Shown: positions 47,928 through 56,932, counted from the first letter of the stretch. The stretch is DNA of 64,000 bases from an uncultured Gammaproteobacteria bacterium (GCA_964535515.1 CAZHTA010000002.1:684-64683), one strand, 5' to 3'. Notes: generated by a model from the letters alone, not told the origin. Numbers and translations: made by a program.

Positions 47928-49595
47928 ATGCCGGACGAATCGGCACCGGTGCCAACACAACCAACACCCGTGCCAGCCGACAACAACCAAAAACCAGAAA
48001 CAATAAACTTACCAATCGAAGGTAATGTTGTTAGTGCTATAGGAACCGGCGGAGCAACGGCTAAATTAGAAAATGGCAAGGTAAATATTAAATTTGATCT
48101 TCCAAAAGAAGTTAAGCCAACTACCACACAACCAACAAACAAAACAACAGATGAGCCCGAGGCACCCGCCTCAGAAGAAATAGCCACTGGCGGTGATGAC
48201 GAAACAGAAACCCCGCCTAATGCTCCAACAACTAATACAGAACCTACCCCACCACCCCCTCCTTTGCCAGCTCCAGAAAAAACAGGACAACCAACGGATG
48301 AACAAAATACACCGGCTAAGCCATTAGCACCACTACCTTCATCACCTGCTCCAGAACCAGGTACCCCAACTACTGAAAAAGCACCTCAAGGAACACCTAA
48401 CCAAAACGATCAAACTCCACCACCAACCAGTGATGCTTCTTTGCCACCACCAGGCGGACAAACACCAAACAGCGAAGAAGGTGCTCCTCCTACTAACCCA
48501 AATGAACCAACGCAACCAGTTCCTGGACAAGGACAGCCACCAACACCAGGTGCACAACCACCAGGCACGCCAACCACTCCAAATCCAACCAAACCAGGAA
48601 ACCCGGTTACTGGGGGTTTAAAAAATGCTCAAGCCTTAGCCAGAGGCGCCAAGAAAGGTCTTGGCGGTGCAAAGAAGCTTGCTGGCGGCGCAAAAAATTT
48701 AGTAACCAAACCAAAAGAAACAATGAAAAAAGCTGGCCAAAAATTGGCTAATGCTGGAAAAGATGGTTTAAATAAAATGGGCGCAGCAGCAAAACAAGGA
48801 GTTAAAAACAAAGCTTCTGATCTTGCTAATAGTTTGCGTACAACAAAATCAAAAAAAAGAAGACTACTTAAAGATATAGACAAGATTTCAAAAGAAATCA
48901 CTGCGCTTCAGGGCGGTCTTGATAACCTAAAATCATCTCATGCTCTAATGCTGCTTAAATTCTTCTTCCCAGGACTGTATAGCAAGATAGCTGGAATAAC
49001 AGAAATAAAAGGAAACGTTTCACAAAAAGCAAAAGTAAAAGCTCTCGGCGCACAACTAACCGCTCTTAAAACAGCTAGAGGGGCACTACAATCAGCGCGA
49101 TCGGCCGCAGCGGTATTAGATGCTTTAGTACTTTTGGTAGAAATGATAACATCAACACTAGGAACTGTAATATTCCCAATTTTAATAATATTGTTATCAC
49201 CATTAATCGTCCTAGCGCTAACGATAGTATTTTTTGCAGTTGGTGGAACATTTTCCCGAGCTTTTAAACAACTAGTAAGCCAGATTAGCAAACTAATCGA
49301 ACCGCTAGAAAAAACATTGGATAAGGAAAAGAATATATTGGGGAAGATGGAAACGAAAAAAGGTAAACGAGCAGAATTAGAAAACCTAGATAAAGAAGAG
49401 GCTCAACAACAAAAACCACAACAACAACCACCTCCTGGACAACAACCCACTCCAGCACAACCACAACCAGATACTGTTCCTCCACAACCCTCTCCTAGTG
49501 CTCAACCCACACCACCGCAGCCCGCTTCTGAACAATCACCCGGACCACAAGCACAACCAACGCCGCCAGCAGAAAACAATCCTTCAACTACATAA
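47928..49595 (+). CDS. Pro/Thr/Gln-rich low-complexity membrane protein (555 aa)
   Basis: Pro-rich N- and C-terminal tails (PTPPPPPLPAPE..., QQPPPGQQPTPAQPQP) flanking a hydrophobic helix (IFPILIILLSPLIVLALTIVFFAV); start 2 nt after the clpC stop. Confidence 0.5.
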   Translation: MPDESAPVPTQPTPVPADNNQKPETINLPIEGNVVSAIGTGGATAKLENGKVNIKFDLPKEVKPTTTQPTNKTTDEPEAPASEEIATGGDDETETPPNAPTTNTEPTPPPPPLPAPEKTGQPTDEQNTPAKPLAPLPSSPAPEPGTPTTEKAPQGTPNQNDQTPPPTSDASLPPPGGQTPNSEEGAPPTNPNEPTQPVPGQGQPPTPGAQPPGTPTTPNPTKPGNPVTGGLKNAQALARGAKKGLGGAKKLAGGAKNLVTKPKETMKKAGQKLANAGKDGLNKMGAAAKQGVKNKASDLANSLRTTKSKKRRLLKDIDKISKEITALQGGLDNLKSSHALMLLKFFFPGLYSKIAGITEIKGNVSQKAKVKALGAQLTALKTARGALQSARSAAAVLDALVLLVEMITSTLGTVIFPILIILLSPLIVLALTIVFFAVGGTFSRAFKQLVSQISKLIEPLEKTLDKEKNILGKMETKKGKRAELENLDKEEAQQQKPQQQPPPGQQPTPAQPQPDTVPPQPSPSAQPTPPQPASEQSPGPQAQPTPPAENNPSTT

Positions 49596-49621
49596 ACTAT
49601 ACTAAAAAATAACAAAAACAT

Positions 49622-50857
49622 ATGTCCCCAAACCTAAAACGTATTCTCTTAATCATCGGCTTGCTCGTTGTGACCGCGCTCATTGGCTTCGGCCTCTATA
49701 CCATGTTTAAGCGCAGCGCACCCGGAAGAGTAACACCTGGACAAATTGCTACAACTACACCAGGTAGATTACCAGCTGCTGGCGAAAGATTACCTGACGC
49801 CACCACCACCCCTGGCGTTTTAGTTCCTGGCGGACAAGTGTTACCAACTGCCGGATATATCCCCCAAACAACTCCGGGGTATTACAAACCAACACCAGTA
49901 ACCAAAGTAACTTCTGACTATGCCACCTTCCCTTCTTTAAGCAAAGGTGGAATATTACGCTATCACAATGCTGCTGATGGCAAATTCTATCGTGTTTCAT
50001 CAGACGGGACAATCAGAGAATTAACTGACCAAATATTTTACAACGTACAAAAAGTTACCTGGGCAAATACTAAAGACGAAGCTGTCCTAGAATACCCCGA
50101 TGGTGCAAAAACTATCTACAATTTTGAAACAAAAACACAAGTGTCAATTCCCAAACACTGGGAAGAGTTTTCCTTTTCTCCTGATAGCAACGAATTGGCA
50201 GCTAAAAGTGTTGGTCTCTCACCAGAGAATCGCTGGCTAATTACTTTTAATGATGATGGCACAGGCACAAAATTAATTGAACCAATGGGTAACAACGCTG
50301 ACAAAGTACAAGTAAGCTGGTCGCCAAGTCGCCAAGTTGTCGCCTTCTCTCAAACCGGTGAACCTTTAGGAGCAGATCGTAAAGAAATTTTGTTTGTTGG
50401 TTTAAATGGTGAAAACTTTAAATCCACAGTAGTAGAAGGAAATGATTTCCGCCCTCAATGGTCACCTACTGGCAACCGTCTTCTTTATAGTGTCTACAGT
50501 GCTAGAAGTAACTACCAACCAGAACTCTGGGTGGTTGACGCCTATGGCGAAGATATCGGATCGAATCGTCAGATGTTAAAAATTAACACCTGGGCAGACA
50601 AGTGTGCTTTCCAAAATAACACTACCATATATTGTGCAGTACCACGCGACCTACCAGAAGGATCAGGCATGCTGCCAGAGTTAGCCGCTGGAACATATGA
50701 TGATTTTTACAAGATCGACTTAAAAACTGGATTAAAAACTGGTATACCATTAGGTGGAGATTATGAGATTGCGAATGTTTCTTTTGACACTGCGGGTGAA
50801 AAAGTATTTTTTACTGCCAAAAGTCAAACTGGTATTTTTGAAGTAAAATTAAAGTAA
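49622..50857 (+). CDS. membrane-anchored TolB-like beta-propeller protein
   Basis: N-terminal TM, TTTPG repeats, PD40/WD40-like repeats (WSPSRQVVAFS, PQWSPTGNRLLYS). Confidence 0.5.
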   Translation: MSPNLKRILLIIGLLVVTALIGFGLYTMFKRSAPGRVTPGQIATTTPGRLPAAGERLPDATTTPGVLVPGGQVLPTAGYIPQTTPGYYKPTPVTKVTSDYATFPSLSKGGILRYHNAADGKFYRVSSDGTIRELTDQIFYNVQKVTWANTKDEAVLEYPDGAKTIYNFETKTQVSIPKHWEEFSFSPDSNELAAKSVGLSPENRWLITFNDDGTGTKLIEPMGNNADKVQVSWSPSRQVVAFSQTGEPLGADRKEILFVGLNGENFKSTVVEGNDFRPQWSPTGNRLLYSVYSARSNYQPELWVVDAYGEDIGSNRQMLKINTWADKCAFQNNTTIYCAVPRDLPEGSGMLPELAAGTYDDFYKIDLKTGLKTGIPLGGDYEIANVSFDTAGEKVFFTAKSQTGIFEVKLK

Positions 50858-50865
50858 AAAAATAT

Positions 50866-51519
50866 ATGGAACATTCAAAAAAATTCTATCTCATATTCGG
50901 ACTAGCGGTATTATTGTTCGCTAGTATTTTTGCTTGGCAAGTAAGAAAAACAATGAATATTGATGTTACTCAAAATACCGAACCACTAATTAGTGAACAG
51001 ATATATAACATATCAATAACCGATGAGGAGACCCCCCTAGGTAATCCTGGGGCAGCAATTACAATTACAGAATATTTAGATTTAAATTGTTCTGATTGTG
51101 TAAACAAATACAACGAAATCAACAAAATTGTTAATGACAACCCAACTAAGTTAAGATTGTTTTTAAAACTAGCTGATACTAGTGGGTTGTTTTCGCACGA
51201 CTCTACCTACGCCAACACTGCCGCCTATTGTGCTAACCAACAAAAACGTTACTGGCCATTTTTAGATTCTCTGATGAGTAAAGAAAAACGCTGGAGCGAG
51301 GATTCACTTAATGCCGCAGCGGGTGAAGCAAAGATAAACCTAACAGCTTGGAATCGTTGTCGCGAAAACGATAATACCGTAGCTGCTGTAAACCTGTCTT
51401 TACAACTAGCCAAAGATTTAGGTGTTACTATTTCACCAACAATATTTGTTAACAACAAACGAATTGATCCAAAAGCAGAAATCAGCTTGACGGAGATAAT
51501 CAACAAATTTATTGAGTAA
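50866..51519 (+). CDS. DsbA-like thiol:disulfide oxidoreductase (CSDC active site), membrane-anchored
   Basis: N-terminal TM, EYLDLNCSDC CxxC motif, DsbA-like C-terminal half (TISPTIFVNN). Confidence 0.65.
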   Translation: MEHSKKFYLIFGLAVLLFASIFAWQVRKTMNIDVTQNTEPLISEQIYNISITDEETPLGNPGAAITITEYLDLNCSDCVNKYNEINKIVNDNPTKLRLFLKLADTSGLFSHDSTYANTAAYCANQQKRYWPFLDSLMSKEKRWSEDSLNAAAGEAKINLTAWNRCRENDNTVAAVNLSLQLAKDLGVTISPTIFVNNKRIDPKAEISLTEIINKFIE

Positions 51520-51559
51520 ACAATTATTTTAAACTAACACACATCGACTACTAAAAAAT

Positions 51560-53125
51560 ATGGTAAAAAAAATAAGACTAAAAATTCTCCTAATTGGATT
51601 AACTGCCGTCTTATTGTTTTTGCCACAAACCACTCTTTTCGCCGCTACTAAAAGTCACATTGGCGATCCTTGTATAAACGATATCACTAATGCTGATTGC
51701 GAAGTTGATGGTGCGGATTTAGATTGTGAAAAAAGTAATAAAAAAGACGCTACAAAATATTGCACTGCAAACAGTGACTCCGACTGCATTGCTGAATACG
51801 GTACCCCCGCCAAAGGAAGTTGGGTGCGCAGTAGTGGAACAGATTATACTTATAATCTTGCCTATTGTTATAACTCCGCCACTAAAGAAGTAAAAACCGC
51901 CGCTGGAATAAACACCGACGTCAGCCCAATAGGCAACTTAGTGGGCGCTGTATTTGATTCCCCCGCTACTCAGGCTGCATTATTAGAAGAAGTAAAATCT
52001 TTTAAACCAGGATTAGAAATTCGTTTGCCCGGTTTAACATTTAGTGACCTATCTAACACTATCGACGAGGAAGGATACCTTCATATCCCTTGGATTGGCG
52101 AGTTTATCAAAGCCCTATACAATTTTGGCTTAGTAATTGTTAGTATCGTGGCAGTGGTGATGATCATAATGCAAGGAGCAAAGATTGTTGTTTCGGGTGG
52201 AGAATCAAAGGTAGAGGGATACAAAAAGATTGGACAAATAGCAATTGGTTTGGTTATTGCTTGGGGATCGTATGCCATACTCTATACTATCAATCCAGCG
52301 TTGGTTGAATTTGAGAGCTTGAAAGTTCGCTATATCCAACCAGACAAATTAGAACAATATAATGAATATGTTAACCCATCCGATGCTAGCCCGATTATAA
52401 CTGGCGGAGCATCCACTTTTGGCGCTAATGGTATTCCTGATTTTAAACAATGCGACTCACGTTGGAAAGATTTACCTTACGATGGTGTATACAAAGGGAA
52501 AAAACTAGGATGTTTTAGACAAGTAAAAAACAAAAAAAACCAATATGAAGGCTCGATCTGTACCAGTGGTTGTGGCGTCACTTCTTTAGCTGATGTATTG
52601 GTATATTATGGCTACAGTAATATTACCCCAGTAGACACAGCCCGATATGCCGTAGAAATTGGCGCACGGTCTGGTTGTAATGGCTCAATCGGATCATTGC
52701 TTTGCAATAAAATCGCTACTAAGTGGCCTGACCTCAAATGCAACAACATCAATCCCCAAAAAGAAATAAGCAAAATAGTTTCGCTGCTGCGAGAAAAAAA
52801 ACCCGTAGTATTTTCCTGCCACGATTGTCACGGCTTCACCAAAACCGAACAAGACATCACCTTTGAGGCACACTACCTGGTATTAACCGGAGTAGACGAT
52901 AGTGGTAACTGGTTTTCAGTAAATGATCCAGGAAGGCAAAGTGGAATGGTAAGAATATCCGCTAAGGAATTCGCTGAAGGAAGAGTGGCAACTACTTTCG
53001 CAGTAGAAAAAAAAGACGGCAGCACTGCAAATACTACTAATGGTGAATGTGTTACAATAAGTGCAACATTTAGCGCCACCCAAGCTGACTGCTTAGCACA
53101 AGACGGCACTTGGCAACCACAATAA
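51560..53125 (+). CDS. secreted Cys-rich protein: signal peptide, Cys-rich N-domain, two-TM VirB2/TrbC-like module, C-terminal C39-like cysteine peptidase domain
   Basis: QCDSRWKD...GCGVTSLADVLVYYG...HYLVLTGVDD resembles the C39/papain-like peptidase Cys and His. Central module near-identical to the downstream paralogue. Confidence 0.6.
   Translation: MVKKIRLKILLIGLTAVLLFLPQTTLFAATKSHIGDPCINDITNADCEVDGADLDCEKSNKKDATKYCTANSDSDCIAEYGTPAKGSWVRSSGTDYTYNLAYCYNSATKEVKTAAGINTDVSPIGNLVGAVFDSPATQAALLEEVKSFKPGLEIRLPGLTFSDLSNTIDEEGYLHIPWIGEFIKALYNFGLVIVSIVAVVMIIMQGAKIVVSGGESKVEGYKKIGQIAIGLVIAWGSYAILYTINPALVEFESLKVRYIQPDKLEQYNEYVNPSDASPIITGGASTFGANGIPDFKQCDSRWKDLPYDGVYKGKKLGCFRQVKNKKNQYEGSICTSGCGVTSLADVLVYYGYSNITPVDTARYAVEIGARSGCNGSIGSLLCNKIATKWPDLKCNNINPQKEISKIVSLLREKKPVVFSCHDCHGFTKTEQDITFEAHYLVLTGVDDSGNWFSVNDPGRQSGMVRISAKEFAEGRVATTFAVEKKDGSTANTTNGECVTISATFSATQADCLAQDGTWQPQ
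51985..52327 (+). repeat. about 340-bp near-identical (about 90% by eye) direct repeat, copy 1 of 2, encoding the two-TM module
   Basis: Direct alignment with 53707-54047 shows long identical runs (for example ttacaattttggcttagtaattgttag, caaaggtagagggatacaaaaagattggacaaat). Confidence 0.8.
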
Positions 53126-53130
53126 TTATT

Positions 53131-54747
53131 ATGAAAAAAATATTAATAACGACCTTCATAATATTAACAACCATAATCCCACAGGCTACACTAGCCAGTG
53201 TTAGTTGTGGTGCAGTCTACTGCCAATCTGACCAGATTTGCAACAACGATCCAGCTAGCCCTGCTTGCTTATCTAAAACAAACCAGGATTGCACTCAGAG
53301 CAGCGACTGTGGATCAGGTGTTTGTACTATTCCAGCTGGTGAATCAAAAAACAAATGTTTTGTCCAATTATCAACCGGCCTACCCATCGGTTCTGTTTGC
53401 AATGTTAATTCTGAGTGTCTATCAAATGATTGCGAAGGTAGTCAGAAAAAAAATGGGGCAGGAAATGCAACTAGCTATTGCGATTGCAATGACGCTGGCG
53501 ACTGTCAACAAAAATGGGGGGCACCCGCTAGTGGAGAATGGGAATGTGTTGATGGCGCGTCAGTCACTTTTGATTTAGACTATTGTGTAAACGAAGCAAA
53601 CAAAAGGATAGAGCCCACCCTACCAGAATACAAAAATGATGCCAGCATGTTTGGTAAACTGTCTGATGCTCTTTTTGACACAAAGGCTTTACAAGCCAAC
53701 CTGCTCCAAGAAGTTAAATCATTTAAACCTGGATTAGAAATCCGCTTACCCGGTTTAACATTTAGTGATTTAGCCAAAACCGTTGATTCTGAAGGATATA
53801 TCCAAATTCCTTGGATTGGAGAATTCATCAGAGCATTATACAATTTTGGCTTAGTAATTGTTAGCATCGTGGCCGTGGTAATGATCATCATGCAGGGAGC
53901 GAAGATTGTTGTATCGGGCGGAGAATCAAAGGTAGAGGGATACAAAAAGATTGGACAAATTGCAGTTGGTTTGGTTATTGCTTGGGGATCATATGCTATA
54001 CTCTACACTATTAACCCAGCATTAGTTGAATTTAAAAGTTTAAAAATAAAATACATTGAAACTATCCCCTTGGATGTTTTTGATAAAGGAGAAGCCCCGA
54101 CCCCATCTCACCCTAAAGCACTAAATGCTACCAACTTTGATGCTTTGTTCCAATCATACGGCAACTGCATCTCCGTTGATTGGCATGTTATCAAAGCCAT
54201 GGCATATATAGAATCATCACTAGATTCTAGTGTAGTTAATAGTTTAGGATTCGCTGGGCTTTTCCAAACAAAAACAAACTTCTGCCAAAGCTCTTTAAAA
54301 AGATACGGCTTAGATAACAAATGTACAGAACTAACAAATCCCGAGCTCAGCACTGCTGTCGGAACAAGCATGATACGCGACTCTATCAACCAAATTAAAA
54401 AGAAATGCCCTAATATTGATGGTGACTCATTAGCATATTTTATCTACATCGGACACCAAAGCGGACAAGGAACACTTTCCAATGTTATTGCCCAAACTTG
54501 TACATACACCAACGCATATACTTATATCCATAGTTCTTGGGAAAAACAAAGTGGCGGTAAATATGCTGACTCTACCGGCAAAAAAAGAACAGCTGTACAT
54601 ATTGCTACCGAAGCAGATAAAGGTGCAAAAAAAATGATTGGCTTGGTACAAGGAATGGGTGTAACAAATGCTTTAACTACTGTCGATAAAAACAAATGTC
54701 CACTCGACACCGCTAGCCTTAGATTTATCCTTACTGTAACACCGTAA
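53131..54747 (+). CDS. secreted Cys-rich protein: signal peptide, Cys-rich N-domain, two-TM VirB2/TrbC-like module, C-terminal lytic transglycosylase (SLT) domain
   Basis: AMAYIESSLDSSVVNSLGFAGLFQ matches the SLT catalytic-Glu and GLxQ motifs. Start placed at MKKILITT. Confidence 0.6.
   Translation: MKKILITTFIILTTIIPQATLASVSCGAVYCQSDQICNNDPASPACLSKTNQDCTQSSDCGSGVCTIPAGESKNKCFVQLSTGLPIGSVCNVNSECLSNDCEGSQKKNGAGNATSYCDCNDAGDCQQKWGAPASGEWECVDGASVTFDLDYCVNEANKRIEPTLPEYKNDASMFGKLSDALFDTKALQANLLQEVKSFKPGLEIRLPGLTFSDLAKTVDSEGYIQIPWIGEFIRALYNFGLVIVSIVAVVMIIMQGAKIVVSGGESKVEGYKKIGQIAVGLVIAWGSYAILYTINPALVEFKSLKIKYIETIPLDVFDKGEAPTPSHPKALNATNFDALFQSYGNCISVDWHVIKAMAYIESSLDSSVVNSLGFAGLFQTKTNFCQSSLKRYGLDNKCTELTNPELSTAVGTSMIRDSINQIKKKCPNIDGDSLAYFIYIGHQSGQGTLSNVIAQTCTYTNAYTYIHSSWEKQSGGKYADSTGKKRTAVHIATEADKGAKKMIGLVQGMGVTNALTTVDKNKCPLDTASLRFILTVTP
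53707..54047 (+). repeat. copy 2 of 2 of the two-TM-module repeat
   Basis: As for copy 1; divergence is far lower than in the flanking N- and C-domains. Confidence 0.8.
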
Positions 54748-54767
54748 AATTTGTTAAATGACTAACT

Positions 54768-56108
54768 ATGAATAAAAATACCATCATCTTCTCTTGTTCT
54801 CATTGCGGCGCCCAATTCCAAAAATGGATTGGACGATGTTTGGAGTGTGGCCAGTGGGGAACAATTGAAAAAGCACAACTAACTGGCGATAAGTCTGATA
54901 AAAAAGAAGACGTTGAATACGCACCAGTTAAAACAGTAAGTTTAAAAAATGTTGAAGGGAAAAACACTTTAAGGATAAAAACCAACACCGAAGAATTGGA
55001 CCGAGTTTTAGGCGGCGGAATTGTCCCGGGCAGTTTAATTCTTCTAGGCGGCGAACCAGGCATTGGCAAATCTACTTTAGCTCTTCAAATCGCCACCCTC
55101 TTGTCCCCTACCTTGTACTTTTCCGGTGAAGAATCAATTGAACAAATAAAATTACGCGCTGACCGATTAAAAATTACCGGCGCTGGCTTGGAAGTTGGCA
55201 ACACCACATCAGTAGAAAATATTATCGCCACCATAAAAACAAAAAAGCCAAAACTTGCGATTATTGATTCAATCCAAACTGCTCGTTCCAATGAAGCTGA
55301 CGGCGAAAGCGGCAGCATTACCCAGGTTCGTGCCGCTACAGTTAAGTTTATGGAAACCGCCAAAGCAACTGGCACAACAATTGTCCTAATCGGACAAGTA
55401 ACTAAAGAAGGTGCGGTAGCTGGACCAAAAACACTAGAACACCTAGTCGATGTAGTGATGTATCTTGAAGGTGACAAATACCACCAATATCGAATCTTGC
55501 GAGCAGCTAAAAATCGCTTTGGTTCTACTGACGAAATCGGCGTATTCTCAATGACTGAAAAAGGGTTAGAAGAAGTTAAAAATCCTTCAGCAGCATTCCT
55601 AGCTGGCCGTGGTGAACCAGTACCAGGTACCGCCATCACTTGTCTTATGGAAGGCAGCCGACCAATTCTGGTAGAAATTCAAGCGCTAGTAACAAAAACA
55701 AATTTTGGCTTCCCCCAACGCCGTGCCTCAGGATTTGATTTAAACCGTTTGCAAGTTTTAATTGGTGTCTTATCCAAACGCGCTAAATTACCACTTGAAT
55801 CATATGATGTCTTTTTAAATGTTGTCGGCGGTGTAAATGCTGAGGAACCAGCCGCTGATCTCGCTGTCATCCTCGCTCTCGCCTCAGCTTTAAAAGAAAA
55901 AACATTACCCGCTGATTTAGCAGCATTCGGTGAAGTCGGACTAGGCGGCGAAGTACGACCAGTATCACAACAAAAAAGACGACTAGAAGAAATTAAAAAA
56001 ATGGGGTTAAAATTTGCCGTAACGCCAGTAACAAACGAAAAAATTAGTGACATGAAAATTGCACCAATAAAAAACGTCCAAGAAGTAGTAGAGAAAATAG
56101 TGAAGTAA
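54768..56108 (+). CDS. radA: DNA repair protein RadA (Sms)
   Basis: N-terminal C4 zinc finger (CSHCGAQFQKWIGRCLECGQWG), RecA-like P-loop GEPGIGKST, KNRFG motif, Lon-like C-terminal domain. Confidence 0.9.
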   Translation: MNKNTIIFSCSHCGAQFQKWIGRCLECGQWGTIEKAQLTGDKSDKKEDVEYAPVKTVSLKNVEGKNTLRIKTNTEELDRVLGGGIVPGSLILLGGEPGIGKSTLALQIATLLSPTLYFSGEESIEQIKLRADRLKITGAGLEVGNTTSVENIIATIKTKKPKLAIIDSIQTARSNEADGESGSITQVRAATVKFMETAKATGTTIVLIGQVTKEGAVAGPKTLEHLVDVVMYLEGDKYHQYRILRAAKNRFGSTDEIGVFSMTEKGLEEVKNPSAAFLAGRGEPVPGTAITCLMEGSRPILVEIQALVTKTNFGFPQRRASGFDLNRLQVLIGVLSKRAKLPLESYDVFLNVVGGVNAEEPAADLAVILALASALKEKTLPADLAAFGEVGLGGEVRPVSQQKRRLEEIKKMGLKFAVTPVTNEKISDMKIAPIKNVQEVVEKIVK

Positions 56109-56126
56109 AAAAGAAAAACAAAAAGT

Positions 56127-56163
56127 AAAAAAATCCACCTGCCAAATTAGGCAGGTGGTTTAA
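56127..56163. terminator. bidirectional intrinsic terminator (CCACCTGCC-aaatta-GGCAGGTGG) shared by radA(+) and the island E genes(-)
   Basis: A-run upstream gives a T7 run on the minus strand; TTTAATT on the plus strand. Confidence 0.55.
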
Positions 56164-56282
56164 TTCCAGGGAGGCCGACGACGGACACATCCAGTTCGTC
56201 GCGTACATGTACGCATTGAACCTTCAGCATCCGTCGCCGGCTATGAGGAGGGAGAACCGTAGAACCTAAGGCCAAAGACGCC

Positions 56283-56540
56283 TCAGGCAGTCTCGTCGGT
56301 CGGAGCGACGACAGCCTGAGCAGCGGCCTGCTGCTCAATCTCGTACTCGTACACCGCTCTGTGTACGACGCTGACCGGAATCAGCGCCAAGGGCGGTGTC
56401 TCATCATGACCCCGCTTCACGAGCGCGCACACGAAGTGTTGCTCACGAAACGTTCCTCCTATTTTGGGAGGCGGGCCCGGGCGCGTCACATCGACAGCCC
56501 ACTTGTCACCTTTCTTGGTCGTGAAGAACTTATCGCCCAT
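56283..56540 (-). CDS. small hypothetical protein (85 aa), GC-rich island E, downstream member of an overlapping pair
   Basis: ORF track. ATG with GAGG 6 nt upstream. Overlaps the upstream gene by 11 nt. N-terminus KKGDKWAVDV is faintly DUF2188-like. Confidence 0.45.
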   Translation of the reverse strand: MGDKFFTTKKGDKWAVDVTRPGPPPKIGGTFREQHFVCALVKRGHDETPPLALIPVSVVHRAVYEYEIEQQAAAQAVVAPTDETA

Positions 56541-56763
56541 CTCGAGCCTCTTTCGCGGCAGGTGGCACCGGAACCACCAAGTTCATGGCGTTCATGCGTC
56601 CGAAACGCGCCCCGTTTTTGGGGTTGAACACCAAGACCTCGACCGCCTGCTGACCCTCGACGAAGTCGACGTGTGCTGCTGCGACGAGGAGCTTCTGCTC
56701 CCGGTCGCTGCGCTTATACACAACGACCTTCCCGTCGAGTCGCGGATCTCTATTCTTCGCCAC
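56530..56763 (-). CDS. small hypothetical protein (about 77 aa, GTG start), GC-rich island E, upstream member of an overlapping pair
   Basis: Start moved to GTG at 56763, which has a strong GAGGAGG SD 5 nt upstream (the track Met at 56883 lies in AT-rich sequence). Candidate TTGACT-17-TACGAT promoter on the minus strand at about 56850-56880. Confidence 0.4.
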   Translation of the reverse strand: MAKNRDPRLDGKVVVYKRSDREQKLLVAAAHVDFVEGQQAVEVLVFNPKNGARFGRMNAMNLVVPVPPAAKEARDGR

Positions 56764-56932
56764 TTCTTCCTCCTCGGAAATCCAACCCAGCCAAAATGGC
56801 GGGAAAAGCGAGGCGTCGTGCCTCTCAGTTCCACATGGGTTAAAAACAGAAATAATCGTATCAAAAAACCAGCAAAAAGTCAATGCTTTGCCGGTTTTAA
56901 TGGAAAAAATATATTTTAAAATTTTTGTCTCA

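Noticed and set aside
56361-56919. Plus-strand ORFs 56361-56627 and 56464-56919 in island E
   Set aside because: No SD, and they run from GC-rich into AT-rich sequence; the minus-strand pair has strong SDs, coupling and a proper terminator.
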